Source: Candidatus Electrothrix aestuarii (GTDB lineage: Bacteria > Desulfobacterota > Desulfobulbia > Desulfobulbales > Desulfobulbaceae). Taken from it: DNA of 24,000 bases. Shown piece after piece: positions 8,577-16,329 of the stretch; the first letter of the stretch is position 1, and every line of letters starts with the position of its first letter. The notes below the pieces were generated by a model, which saw only the letters and a program-made list of their open reading frames with translations, was not told where the DNA came from and did no database searches. The DNA lies in assembly GCA_032595685.2 (NCBI GenBank), contig CP159373.1:3165907-3189906 (forward strand). Reading direction: 5' to 3'. Both the position numbers and the translations under genes were made by a program.

Positions 8577-8889
8577 GGGAATCACTGGTAATATTTTTTT
8601 AATGTTTGTAACACTAAAATCCTGTTTACTATAAAGCAGAATGCTTGTCAAGCTGTAGGTAAAAAATGCAAAAGAAGGATCTTTTTCGTAGGGAAAATGG
8701 GGCACTAAATATTTTTTGAAGAATTTATATTAAAAAATACGGTAATCAAGCCGGTTACAAAGGAAGGGAAGGAGAGATGGAATGCAATGCTGTGTAGATA
8801 ATATTCTGTTTTTTTGCCGTTATTTTGTGTTGCGCTCCTGTGCAATTGGGTAGGGAAAGATAGGGTTAACAGATCATGCAAAAAAAATA

Positions 8890-8917
8890 TTGACAGTAAA
8901 AATATTAAGGGTATCTT
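8890..8917 (+). promoter_or_regulatory. Candidate sigma-70 promoter for the ferredoxin gene
   Basis: TTGACA (8890-8895), a 16-nt spacer, then TATCTT (8912-8917). It lies about 95 nt upstream of the ferredoxin ATG. The -10 element is weak. Confidence 0.3.
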
Positions 8918-9012
8918 TGCCGAAGTCAGTACATGTTATATTGTACAAAATTAATCGTGAGGTTATTTTATAAAAAGGGCTCGTCATAAGGGCCGCTAAC
9001 AAGGAGAAAACC

Positions 9013-9198
9013 ATGTTTGAAGTAGTTGTAGACAAAGACAAGTGTGTAGGTTGTGAAGAGTGTGTTGGATCTTGCCCTGCTGGCGTGTTCGAGATCGCTG
9101 ACGGAAAAGCTGATCCTGTTAACGAAGATGAATGTCTGGGGTGTGAGACCTGTGTAGAGGTTTGTGACGCAGATGCTATCACCGTTACTGAGGTTTAA
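9013..9198 (+). CDS. Small 2x[4Fe-4S] ferredoxin
   Basis: 61 aa with two cluster motifs, [12 protein letters not shown] and [13 protein letters not shown] strong RBS, aaggaga, lies about 7 nt upstream of the ATG. Confidence 0.95.
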   Translation: MFEVVVDKDKCVGCEECVGSCPAGVFEIADGKADPVNEDECLGCETCVEVCDADAITVTEV

Positions 9199-9561
9199 GA
9201 ACCACAGTTGATGATGAAGGGCAGCGGTTTATAGCTCTTGAGGTATTCCGTTGTCCCTTTATCGTTCATTTAAGGTGGGAGCTCTTACGTCCCCTGTTTC
9301 CTGCTTTAAAATTTTTCCCTAATATTTTCTCACCTTCTTCATCTTCCCTCTCCATTTTTCTTTCTTCAGTAAACTTTTCAGATAGTTTTTTACACCTCGT
9401 CCGTCTCACCTCCTCGCTGTGGTGCCCGAGATAGGGGAGGCTTGTCTTCGTAGCGATCATACGTGTTACCTCTCCCTCCTCTACACTCTCTTCTGAGAGG
9501 TTTACGGAAGAGTTATTTTTCTCTTTATGCGTTGTTGCTTTCCTGGAAATGATACAAAAAA

Positions 9562-9593
9562 GGGGGCACAGGGATTTTCATCCCTATGCCCCC
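9562..9593. terminator. Bidirectional rho-independent terminator between the convergent ferredoxin and Cys-rich genes
   Basis: Hairpin gggggcaCagggat-tttc-atccctAtgccccc with one C/A mismatch. A6 lies upstream and TTTGGGCTTTTT downstream on the + strand, so the minus strand reads a hairpin followed by TTTTTTG. It lies 34 nt after the stop of the minus-strand gene. Confidence 0.75.
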
Positions 9594-9626
9594 TTTGGGC
9601 TTTTTGTTATGGCAGCAGCAATTTAA

Positions 9627-10688
9627 TTAGTGCTGAAAACGCAGACCGATACCAAAACGTCCGTACTGATCAATATCACTCATCTCGTCAACAGCACTTC
9701 GGGCTTCCAGGAATACGGAGATATTGAAAGCATTGGGATCTCCGTACACGCGAGCACCTATATTGGCGAGAACGTCAAGATCGGAATCATCGGAATCAAG
9801 ATCGCTGTCATTATCAGTGATCCAACCACCGAGACCCAGGCCGACAAAGCCATCAAAGGCTCCAGACCAGTTATACTGAGCAAAAACATCAATAAGTAAT
9901 GCATCATCGCCGTCTGAACCGTCCAATTTAGGAGCAGCTCCTACCATTGCCAGGAAGGAGAGATTCTCAAGCGAGGTGCCTGCAAAGGGAGAATATTGAA
10001 CACCCAAGCGGGCAAAGAGATAGTCTGCTGGATCAGAAAGACGCAGGTAACCAAGGTCGCCAACAAAGCGCAAAGGGCCTATTGCCAGATCTGCTTCTGT
10101 GTCTTCTATCTCGTCGGTGTCTGTATCATCGACAACGTCAGTCGGCAAACACTCAGCAGGAACTCCCTGGCATTCAGCCGGGCAACCTTCCTGATCCTTG
10201 GTATCGTCTACGCAGGATTCAGGGCAATCTGTGGGAAATTTATCACAGATATTACAGCCCAACTCATCACATACAGGAGGACAATTCTCACCTTCAGGGT
10301 TTTCAATACATTCTACAGAACAATCATCACAGCTGTAACATTTTATGTCACGACAGATATCCGGACAACCTTCGCCGTAGGGATTCATTTTACATTCTGG
10401 AGTACAGTCCTCGCAGGATTGACAACTGATATCCTTGCAGATGTCTGGGCATCCTGGGCTATAAGGATTCATTTTGCACTCGTCTGAGCAGTCGTCGCAG
10501 GATGCCTGGGATGCCTGACATGCCGGATCTTTACATACAGATGGACAGCCCTTGCCATAAGGATTCTCCAGACATTCATCTGAGCAGTCATCGCAGGTAT
10601 AGGCTTTGCCACCGGCAAAAGCAACACCTGTCGACAACAGGACGAAAACAGCACCCTGTGCCAACACTTTCAGTCTCATTGTTCTCAC
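9627..10688 (-). CDS. Exported cysteine-rich repeat protein fused to a predicted 8-strand outer-membrane beta-barrel; no family recognised
   Basis: 353 aa with four parts. (1) Sec-type signal peptide MRTMRLKVLAQGAVFVLLSTGVAFA|GG. (2) Residues 32-180 hold 30 Cys, as four tandem C-x2-C-x3-C-x8-C-x3-C-x4-C units plus a degenerate fifth. (3) Acidic linker TDVVDDTDTDEIEDTEAD. (4) Residues about 201-353 show eight amphipathic beta-strand-like segments with Asp-rich loops, ending GRFGIGLRFQH. The RBS aaggagag lies upstream of the ATG. Confidence 0.85.
   Translation of the reverse strand: MRTMRLKVLAQGAVFVLLSTGVAFAGGKAYTCDDCSDECLENPYGKGCPSVCKDPACQASQASCDDCSDECKMNPYSPGCPDICKDISCQSCEDCTPECKMNPYGEGCPDICRDIKCYSCDDCSVECIENPEGENCPPVCDELGCNICDKFPTDCPESCVDDTKDQEGCPAECQGVPAECLPTDVVDDTDTDEIEDTEADLAIGPLRFVGDLGYLRLSDPADYLFARLGVQYSPFAGTSLENLSFLAMVGAAPKLDGSDGDDALLIDVFAQYNWSGAFDGFVGLGLGGWITDNDSDLDSDDSDLDVLANIGARVYGDPNAFNISVFLEARSAVDEMSDIDQYGRFGIGLRFQH
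10149..10595 (-). repeat. In-frame tandem coding repeats encoding the Cys6 modules
   Basis: The repeat units start at Cys32, Cys64, Cys92 and Cys120, a period of 32 then 28 then 28 residues, followed by a degenerate unit Cys148-Cys180. The repeat is also visible in DNA: tcatctgagcagtcatcgcagg (10576-10597) matches tcgtctgagcagtcgtcgcagg (10481-10502). Confidence 0.9.
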
Positions 10689-10781
10689 TCTCCTTGTTCT
10701 GTGAAGTTTATCTCATTGCCCGTGGTTGCGGACGAACTGCATTTTCCCTACAAAAGAGGGTAAAATTTTTTTTACTTATAA

Positions 10782-10810
10782 TATATATAAAGTCCTTGGT
10801 GATCTGGCAA
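10782..10810 (-). promoter_or_regulatory. Candidate sigma-70 promoter for the Cys-rich protein gene
   Basis: The minus strand reads TTGCCA (complement of 10805-10810), a 17-nt spacer, then TATATA (10782-10787), inside a very AT-rich tract. It would give a 5' UTR of about 85 nt. Confidence 0.35.
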
Positions 10811-10989
10811 CAGAAAAAAACAACAAGCAGCTATAGCGATGTTTTTCGGCCCTGAAAAAGCTTTGCAGGTGAAAAATACAAATAGCAGTTGCTTTTGACT
10901 TCCCAAGGGCTACAGTAAAATGAACAGTATGTTACTGCGTGGTCAACAAATGGGTTGTTTATTGTTTTTCTTTAACAGGTACGGTGGAA

Positions 10990-11604
10990 ATGAAAAAGAT
11001 ACATCTCCTCACCGGGCTACTTTGGTTGTTTATATGTCTGGGGCACAGCTTTTCTTTCGAGTTGATCAGGCAGGATGTTGTTCAATTCCCCTTAGCCCTC
11101 CTTCTCTCTATTCTTTTACCAGTGAGCTTCTGGCTGCTTGCCAAGGGTGAGAAACAGCGATATCTTGCCCTGCTTTTTGTCGGGATATTTATAATCAACA
11201 CTTCCTTTCTGTTCGTTATCATGCGCGGCAGTTTTGCCACCAAGCAGCAAATGGCTGAGCAGCTCAAGGCGGGAATACAGCCAGATCTGGCAGAATATCT
11301 CATTACCGCTGTGAGTGCTCATAAACGACAGATTGCAGCCCGGCTTATTTATCAGCTGCATGGGGTGGCCTTACCCTTTAAAAACGATGCCGGTGGCTAT
11401 ACCTTATATGAACCCGACAAGGCCGATAAGGAAAAATTTCAAAAGAATTTTTTTGCCCAGAATGAGCTGAAACTGAGACAAGGAGGCTTTGCAGCGTCTT
11501 TTGCCACAGCAACACTTTTGATGTTGATTCATGTCGGACTGTTTATTGCCTTACTGGTTTTTTTAGTGCTTTATGATCAGGGAAAGCTGGAAAGAGATGA
11601 GTGA
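10990..11604 (+). CDS. Hypothetical integral membrane protein
   Basis: The ORF is open from a GTG at 10939, but the ATG at 10990 is preceded by ggtgga. The N-terminal region is hydrophobic, with roughly three helices by eye (LLTGLLWLFICLG, FPLALLLSILLPVSFWLLA, YLALLFVGIFIINTSFLFVIM). A soluble segment of about 90 aa follows, then a C-terminal helix LLMLIHVGLFIALLVFLVL. I recognise no family. It is transcribed divergently from the Cys-rich gene. Confidence 0.6.
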   Translation: MKKIHLLTGLLWLFICLGHSFSFELIRQDVVQFPLALLLSILLPVSFWLLAKGEKQRYLALLFVGIFIINTSFLFVIMRGSFATKQQMAEQLKAGIQPDLAEYLITAVSAHKRQIAARLIYQLHGVALPFKNDAGGYTLYEPDKADKEKFQKNFFAQNELKLRQGGFAASFATATLLMLIHVGLFIALLVFLVLYDQGKLERDE

Positions 11605-11609
11605 GGGCG

Positions 11610-11633
11610 AGGGAGAAGCTTATTCTTCTCCCT
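11610..11633. terminator. Stem-loop between the convergent membrane-protein and response-regulator genes
   Basis: A 9-bp stem (agggagaag pairs with cttctccct) with a 6-nt loop, starting 6 nt after the + gene stop. The T-run (ctttttc) lies only about 14 nt downstream, so this is not a textbook intrinsic terminator. Confidence 0.4.
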
Positions 11634-11678
11634 TAATTCTGCGCTTTTTCGGGGACTGCTCTGTATTGCCAGCGTTAT

Positions 11679-13025
11679 TTATACGCCGTATCGCTTCAGC
11701 TTATTCAACAGGGTTTTTCTGGTAATCTGGAGACGACGGGCCGCCTCGCTGCGATTTCCGTTGGTTTCATCAAGAGTTTTGAGGATAAGCTGGCGCTCAG
11801 CGTCTCGTAGGGTGGACGGCTGTTCTTCGTCCTTTTTGGGGTTCATGCCAGCCCAATTCTGAACAGCCATAGGCAGGCTCTCAATATCGAGATATTCTCC
11901 CCGCATCAGAATAACCCCGCGTTCAATAGCATTTTCCAGTTCCCGAACATTGCCGGGCCAGGGGTAGCGATTGAGTATATCCATACAATCAGGAGTAATG
12001 CCCTGCACTTCCCGTTTATTTCTTTTAGCAAAACTGCGCAGAAAATAATCAGCAAGTAAGGGGATATCTCCATCACGGTCTGCCAAGGACGGCATATCCA
12101 AGGCCACAACATTTAAACGATAATAAAGATCTTCCCGGAAATTTCCTGCTTTGACTTCAGCCTCCAGGTCGCGGTTCGTGGCCGTAACAATGCGGACATC
12201 CACCTTTATAATTTCCTGACCACCAACCCGTTGCAACTCATGCTCCTGAATAACCCGGAGTAGTTTTGCCTGCATAGCAGGGGTGGTTTCGCCTATCTCA
12301 TCAAGAAAGAGTGTGCCTTCCTGGGCCTGGACAAAACAGCCTTCGCGACGGCGATCTGCTCCTGTAAAGGCTCCTTTTTCATGGCCAAACAGCTCAGATT
12401 CCAGCAGGGTTTCTGACAAAGCAGCGCAGTTTACCTTAACAAAGGGGCCCTTTCTCCGGTGACTTTTATAATGCAATGCCGAGGCAACCAACTCTTTTCC
12501 TGTACCGGAATCTCCGGTAATCAGTACAGTAGCTTCAGTCGGAGCGACTTGAACAATCATCTCCCAGAGAGTCTGCATTGGCGTAGAGGAGCCAATAATC
12601 TTGCCATCCTCGCCAAAGGGTTTTTCCGTGAGCTCTGCCTTGTCCGGTTGCTGCCGATGTCCCAGAGCGGCTTCCAGGGTTTGGCGAAGTCGCTCAAAAT
12701 CTATGGGTTTGGTCAAATAGTCATGGGCACCTAATTTGATTGCTTCAACGGCTGAATCTATTGAGGAGTAGGCTGTCATCATGACAACCGGAATCGATGG
12801 ATTAATGGCGTGTATCTGCCGTAAGGCCTGTAGGCCGTCTATTGGCTCCATACAGACATCCAGGAGAATGACATCAAAAGGACCTTGTCGGACAGCATTA
12901 ACTGCTGTTTCTCCGTCCTCTGCTTCCTGACATGACCAGCCCCATTCCGTCAGCATGGAGTAGAGCATGTACCTGTGAACCTGCTCGTCGTCTACAATTA
13001 AAATTTTGACCTTCTTTTTATCCAT
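11679..13025 (-). CDS. Sigma-54-dependent response regulator (NtrC/AtoC-type enhancer-binding protein)
   Basis: 448 aa with three domains. The REC domain has ILIVDDE and the phospho-acceptor context ILLDVCMEPIDG. The AAA+ domain has Walker A GDSGTGKE, the sigma-54 contact loop ESELFGHEKGAFTGA and Walker B LFLDEIGE. The C-terminal Fis-type HTH reads GNRSEAARRLQITRKTLLNKLKRYG. Confidence 0.95.
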   Translation of the reverse strand: MDKKKVKILIVDDEQVHRYMLYSMLTEWGWSCQEAEDGETAVNAVRQGPFDVILLDVCMEPIDGLQALRQIHAINPSIPVVMMTAYSSIDSAVEAIKLGAHDYLTKPIDFERLRQTLEAALGHRQQPDKAELTEKPFGEDGKIIGSSTPMQTLWEMIVQVAPTEATVLITGDSGTGKELVASALHYKSHRRKGPFVKVNCAALSETLLESELFGHEKGAFTGADRRREGCFVQAQEGTLFLDEIGETTPAMQAKLLRVIQEHELQRVGGQEIIKVDVRIVTATNRDLEAEVKAGNFREDLYYRLNVVALDMPSLADRDGDIPLLADYFLRSFAKRNKREVQGITPDCMDILNRYPWPGNVRELENAIERGVILMRGEYLDIESLPMAVQNWAGMNPKKDEEQPSTLRDAERQLILKTLDETNGNRSEAARRLQITRKTLLNKLKRYGV

Positions 13026-13263
13026 GGATTCAGTAAACTGTTACAGCTCCTTCTGCTGGGGAAAGAATTTTGAATGGTACGCTTATTTGATGCACCCTAA
13101 TATTTGGCTTAATAAATAATACAGACTCGATTGATGTCGTAAAATTATCATTAAAAAAATAGGCTTCACTATATAAGTTATGTAGAAAATCAGGCGCTGT
13201 CCATAAAAAAAGGACATTTGAAAAACAATATTTGTTCGAGTGACAACGCTTCCTGAAGAGGAT

Positions 13264-13923
13264 TCACTTATCGCGGAGTGAAATACATTTCCAACCTCTT
13301 TCCCGGGCCAGTGCAGCCAATTTTTCATCAGGATCCACAGCAACCGGGGTATCTACTTTTTCCAATAAGGGCAGGTCGTTGATTGAATCACTGTAAAAGC
13401 AACTTCCCTGAAGAGACATCTTTTTTTCTGCCAGCCAGTTTTCCAGGCGTTGCACCTTACCTTCATGGAAACAAGGGATTCCATCAACCTCTCTGGTATA
13501 GCGATTATTGACGATCTTTGGTTCTGTTGCCAAGAGATGTTCTATCCCAAAGGCCCGGGCAATGGGGCCGGTGATAAAGCTATTGGTTGCCGTTATCACC
13601 ATCGCTGTGTCGCCTTGTTCTTTATGTTTATCTACCAAAGCCTGGGCAGGTTGGCCGATCATCGGCTCAATAACCTCTTGCATGAATTCTCCGTGAAGCA
13701 CGTGCAGTTCTTCCATGCTGCGTTCTGCCAGGGGTTGGAAGCTGAAGGCGGAGAACTCATAGATATCCAGAGTTCCTTGCTTGTACTGGTCATAAAAACG
13801 GTTATTTTCCGCTTCATAATAATCCTCATCAACCAGACCTTTTCTGATGAGGAAGCGGCCCCATTCATAATCACTGTCACCAGCGAGGAGTGTATTATCA
13901 AGATCAAAAAGAGCAAGTGCCAT
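13264..13923 (-). CDS. HAD-superfamily subfamily IB hydrolase (SerB-like, TIGR01490-type)
   Basis: 219 aa with motif I ALFDLDNTLLAGDSD, motif II VITATN and motif IV YSDSINDLPLLE. A helical cap insertion follows motif I, as in subfamily IB. Confidence 0.85.
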   Translation of the reverse strand: MALALFDLDNTLLAGDSDYEWGRFLIRKGLVDEDYYEAENNRFYDQYKQGTLDIYEFSAFSFQPLAERSMEELHVLHGEFMQEVIEPMIGQPAQALVDKHKEQGDTAMVITATNSFITGPIARAFGIEHLLATEPKIVNNRYTREVDGIPCFHEGKVQRLENWLAEKKMSLQGSCFYSDSINDLPLLEKVDTPVAVDPDEKLAALARERGWKCISLRDK

Positions 13924-14027
13924 AAGGAATATATCGAGAGTGAGTTGTTTAACGGGTTTAACGGGATTGTTAAAGGGGGTGTCTTCGACTGGTCAGCTTT
14001 CCGTATTGGAATTGACTGAGGGGCATG

Positions 14028-15380
14028 TCAGGATGCCTCTGGAGCTGCCGGTTCTCCTTTGAGGGAATGCTGACCAGCGTGGGTAATCGTAACCAAAGCA
14101 AAATCTCCGGGCAGCAGGTTGGTCGGGGAGGTAAAGTGAACAATATGATTTGTCCCTGTTCGACCTTGGGTGCCAGATTCCCCATTGGATTCAATCATAA
14201 CCTCAACGGTCTTGCCAAGGAATTCCTGATTGCGTTCCAGGCTGATTTCATCCTGGCGACTCTGAAAACGCTGGAGCCGTTCCCCTTTTACCTGTTCCTC
14301 AACCTTGTCGGGAAAATCCGCTGAGCGGGTATGGGGTCGGTCTGAATACTTAAAGGAGAAGGAACCGTGAAAGCGCACGGTCTCCAAGAGATCCATTGTC
14401 TGCTCAAAATCCTCCTCTGTTTCGCCGGGAAAGCCAACTATAACATCTGTGCAGAGCGCGATGTCCGGGCAATAAGAGCGCAACTCTGCAACCTTTTTCA
14501 GATACAGCTCTCTGGTGTATTTGCGATTCATTCGTTTGAGCACGGCATTGGAACCGGCCTGCACGGGGAGATGAAACTGTGGGCAGAGATTGGGCAGATC
14601 CCGGAAGCATCGCATTAACTCGGTTGAGAGATCCTGCGGGTTGGAGGTGGTAAAGCGGAGGCGCTGGACTCCCGGTATTGCTGCAACCATTTTCAGCAGG
14701 TCGGCAAAGCCGATGGGCTCATCGGCAACTGCATTCGTGCAGCCATAGGAATTGACATTTTGTCCCAGCAAGGTGATTTCCTTGATGCCACGGGCAACCA
14801 AGATCCGCACTTCTTCCAGGATATCCGCAACCGGTCTGCTGATCTCCCTTCCCCGGGTAGTCGGCACCACACAATAGCTGCAATAATTATTACAACCTTG
14901 CATAATGGTGACGAATTTTCTGAACTCTGTGGGCTGTTGCGGAACATCTTCCAGCAACCTCTGGAAGGGGGGAATGCTGAATTCTTTCTCAAGATTGCAG
15001 GAAATCTCCCGGTTCGTCTCCTTACGTTCAAGGCGCCCCAGCATCTCCGGCAGCTGATAGAGCTGCTGGGTTCCCACCACGATATCCACATGGGGCATGC
15101 GGCGAAAAATCTGTTTACCTTCCTGCTGGGCTACACAGCCTGCCACAGCAATGCGGAGTTCCGGTTGCTGTTTTTTCTGCTTACGGAGCGATCCGAGCAG
15201 GCTGAAGACTTTTTGTTCCGCCTTGGCGCGAATGGAACAGGTGTTGAGGATCACCAGATCAGCATCTGTTTGCTCTGCCACCGGGATATAGCCGGATTGG
15301 GCCAGGAGCTGAGCCATGATTTCCGAGTCCCGCTCATTCATCTGGCAGCCAAAGGTCTTTATATAAACGTGTTTACTCAT
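14028..15380 (-). CDS. miaB: tRNA-2-methylthio-N6-dimethylallyladenosine synthase
   Basis: 450 aa. It has the N-terminal UPF0004 region YIKTFGCQMNERDSE...LNTCSIR, the radical-SAM motif CNNYCSYCVVP, and a C-terminal TRAM-like region (GKTVEVMIE...ALVTITHAGQHSLKG). Confidence 0.93.
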   Translation of the reverse strand: MSKHVYIKTFGCQMNERDSEIMAQLLAQSGYIPVAEQTDADLVILNTCSIRAKAEQKVFSLLGSLRKQKKQQPELRIAVAGCVAQQEGKQIFRRMPHVDIVVGTQQLYQLPEMLGRLERKETNREISCNLEKEFSIPPFQRLLEDVPQQPTEFRKFVTIMQGCNNYCSYCVVPTTRGREISRPVADILEEVRILVARGIKEITLLGQNVNSYGCTNAVADEPIGFADLLKMVAAIPGVQRLRFTTSNPQDLSTELMRCFRDLPNLCPQFHLPVQAGSNAVLKRMNRKYTRELYLKKVAELRSYCPDIALCTDVIVGFPGETEEDFEQTMDLLETVRFHGSFSFKYSDRPHTRSADFPDKVEEQVKGERLQRFQSRQDEISLERNQEFLGKTVEVMIESNGESGTQGRTGTNHIVHFTSPTNLLPGDFALVTITHAGQHSLKGEPAAPEAS

Positions 15381-15434
15381 TATGTGTATTTTATTATTCC
15401 GCCCCAGGAGGACGGAATAGAGTTTGTTATGTTG

Positions 15435-16247
15435 TTATATATCATGAATTTCTTCCATGTCTTCCCCGAGATAGGCCTTAATCACCTCTGGATTATTGCG
15501 GACCTCGTTCGGCGTACCTTCCGCGATTTTCTTGCCGTAGTCCATGACAAAAATATGGTCGGATAGGCTCATCACCAGTTTCATATCGTGCTCAATGAGC
15601 AGGATAGAGATGCCGTCATCTCGGATTTCGGTGATAAGTTCATCAAGTTCTACGGTCTCCTGGGGGTTCATTCCGGCTGCGGGCTCATCAAGGAGGAGCA
15701 GGGACGGGTCGGTTGCCAGTGCTCTGGCTATCTCCAGTCTGCGCTGGGCGCCATAGGGGAGGTTTTTTGCGAATTCATCAGCCAGTTCAGCCAAATCGAT
15801 TTTCTCCAGCAGGCTGTAGGAGCGGGCAATGACCTCTTTTTCTTCCTTCTGTGTGCCTTTGTCGCGAAAGATCGCACCTAATACCCTGGCCTTGGTGCGG
15901 CAATGGCAACCAATCATGACGTTTTCCAGAACGCTCATGTCCGGGAAGAGGCGGATGTTCTGAAAGGTCCGCGCCAGTCCCTGTTCCGTCACCTGATTAG
16001 GCTTTAAGCCGTTGAGTCGTTTGCGGCGGCGGCCCGGTGGTGTCAGAAAAAGATTGCCAGAGGTTGGTTTGTAAATCCCGGTCAGGCAGTTGAAAAAGGT
16101 GGTCTTGCCTGCGCCGTTTGGGCCAATCAGGGCGGCGATTTCCCCTTGCCGAACCCGGATATTGAGTTTGTCCAAAGCCCTGATGCCACCGAAGTCCATC
16201 GTGAGATCCTGCACTTCGAGGATAGGATTGTTACTTTGCTCGGTCAT
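15435..16247 (-). CDS. livG: Branched-chain amino acid ABC transporter ATP-binding protein, LivG family
   Basis: Walker A GPNGAGKTT, signature LPYGAQRRLEIARAL and Walker B LLLLDEPAAGM. The LivG-type insertion and the C-terminal EVIKAYLG are present. The ORF is open from 16334, but MTEQSNNPILEVQDLTMDFGG from the ATG at 16247 matches the usual N-terminus (270 aa). Confidence 0.88.
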   Translation of the reverse strand: MTEQSNNPILEVQDLTMDFGGIRALDKLNIRVRQGEIAALIGPNGAGKTTFFNCLTGIYKPTSGNLFLTPPGRRRKRLNGLKPNQVTEQGLARTFQNIRLFPDMSVLENVMIGCHCRTKARVLGAIFRDKGTQKEEKEVIARSYSLLEKIDLAELADEFAKNLPYGAQRRLEIARALATDPSLLLLDEPAAGMNPQETVELDELITEIRDDGISILLIEHDMKLVMSLSDHIFVMDYGKKIAEGTPNEVRNNPEVIKAYLGEDMEEIHDI

Positions 16248-16329
16248 GTTTAGTGAATCCCTGCGAGAGAATTGCGATAAAGACCCGTTGTCAGGCCTGC
16301 TGCTTTTGCACGAAATAGCTGCCAAGTTT

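Noticed and set aside
8608-8614. GTAACAC heptamer about 32 nt upstream of the cbiM/nikM start, resembling one half of a GTGTTAC-N13/14-GTAACAC NikR-type operator (consensus recalled from memory)
   Set aside because: At a spacing of 13 or 14 nt the partner positions read gtaatat or ggtaata, not GTGTTAC. Only a half-site is present, so I do not call a NikR box.
8577-8705. 43-codon N-terminal extension of the cbiM/nikM ORF (MPHFPYEKD...)
   Set aside because: The family requires the mature protein to begin with Met-His (MHISEG). The extension has no signal-peptide character and lies in AT-rich leader sequence.
8777-8797. Mini-ORF ATG GAA TGC AAT GCT GTG TAG (MECNAV) preceded by aaggaagggaaggagag on the + strand
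   Set aside because: The purine-rich run abuts the ATG directly, which is poor SD spacing. There is no obvious attenuator structure linked to it. Six codons are far too short to support without conservation data.
8577-9012. Possible cobalamin riboswitch in the cbiM/nikM leader
   Set aside because: I could not find a B12-box-like core or the expected GC-rich paired regions on the minus strand. The region is AT-rich. An Rfam scan would be decisive.
9219-9257. Imperfect hairpin (gggcagcgg ... ccgttgtccc + TTT) after the ferredoxin stop as its terminator
   Set aside because: It has a 20-nt loop, a bulge and G-U pairs. The far stronger terminator at 9562-9593 is the safer call.
9947-10487. + strand ORFs 9947..10429 and 9996..10487 (160 and 163 aa)
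   Set aside because: They lie antisense to the Cys-rich repeat gene. Their openness is a consequence of the repetitive GAT/GAC/TGC-rich codons on the other strand.
13083-13343. 86-aa minus-strand ORF in the response-regulator upstream region
   Set aside because: It overlaps the 3' end of the HAD-IB gene out of frame and runs through AT-rich intergenic DNA. The translation is low-complexity and hydrophobic, with no RBS.
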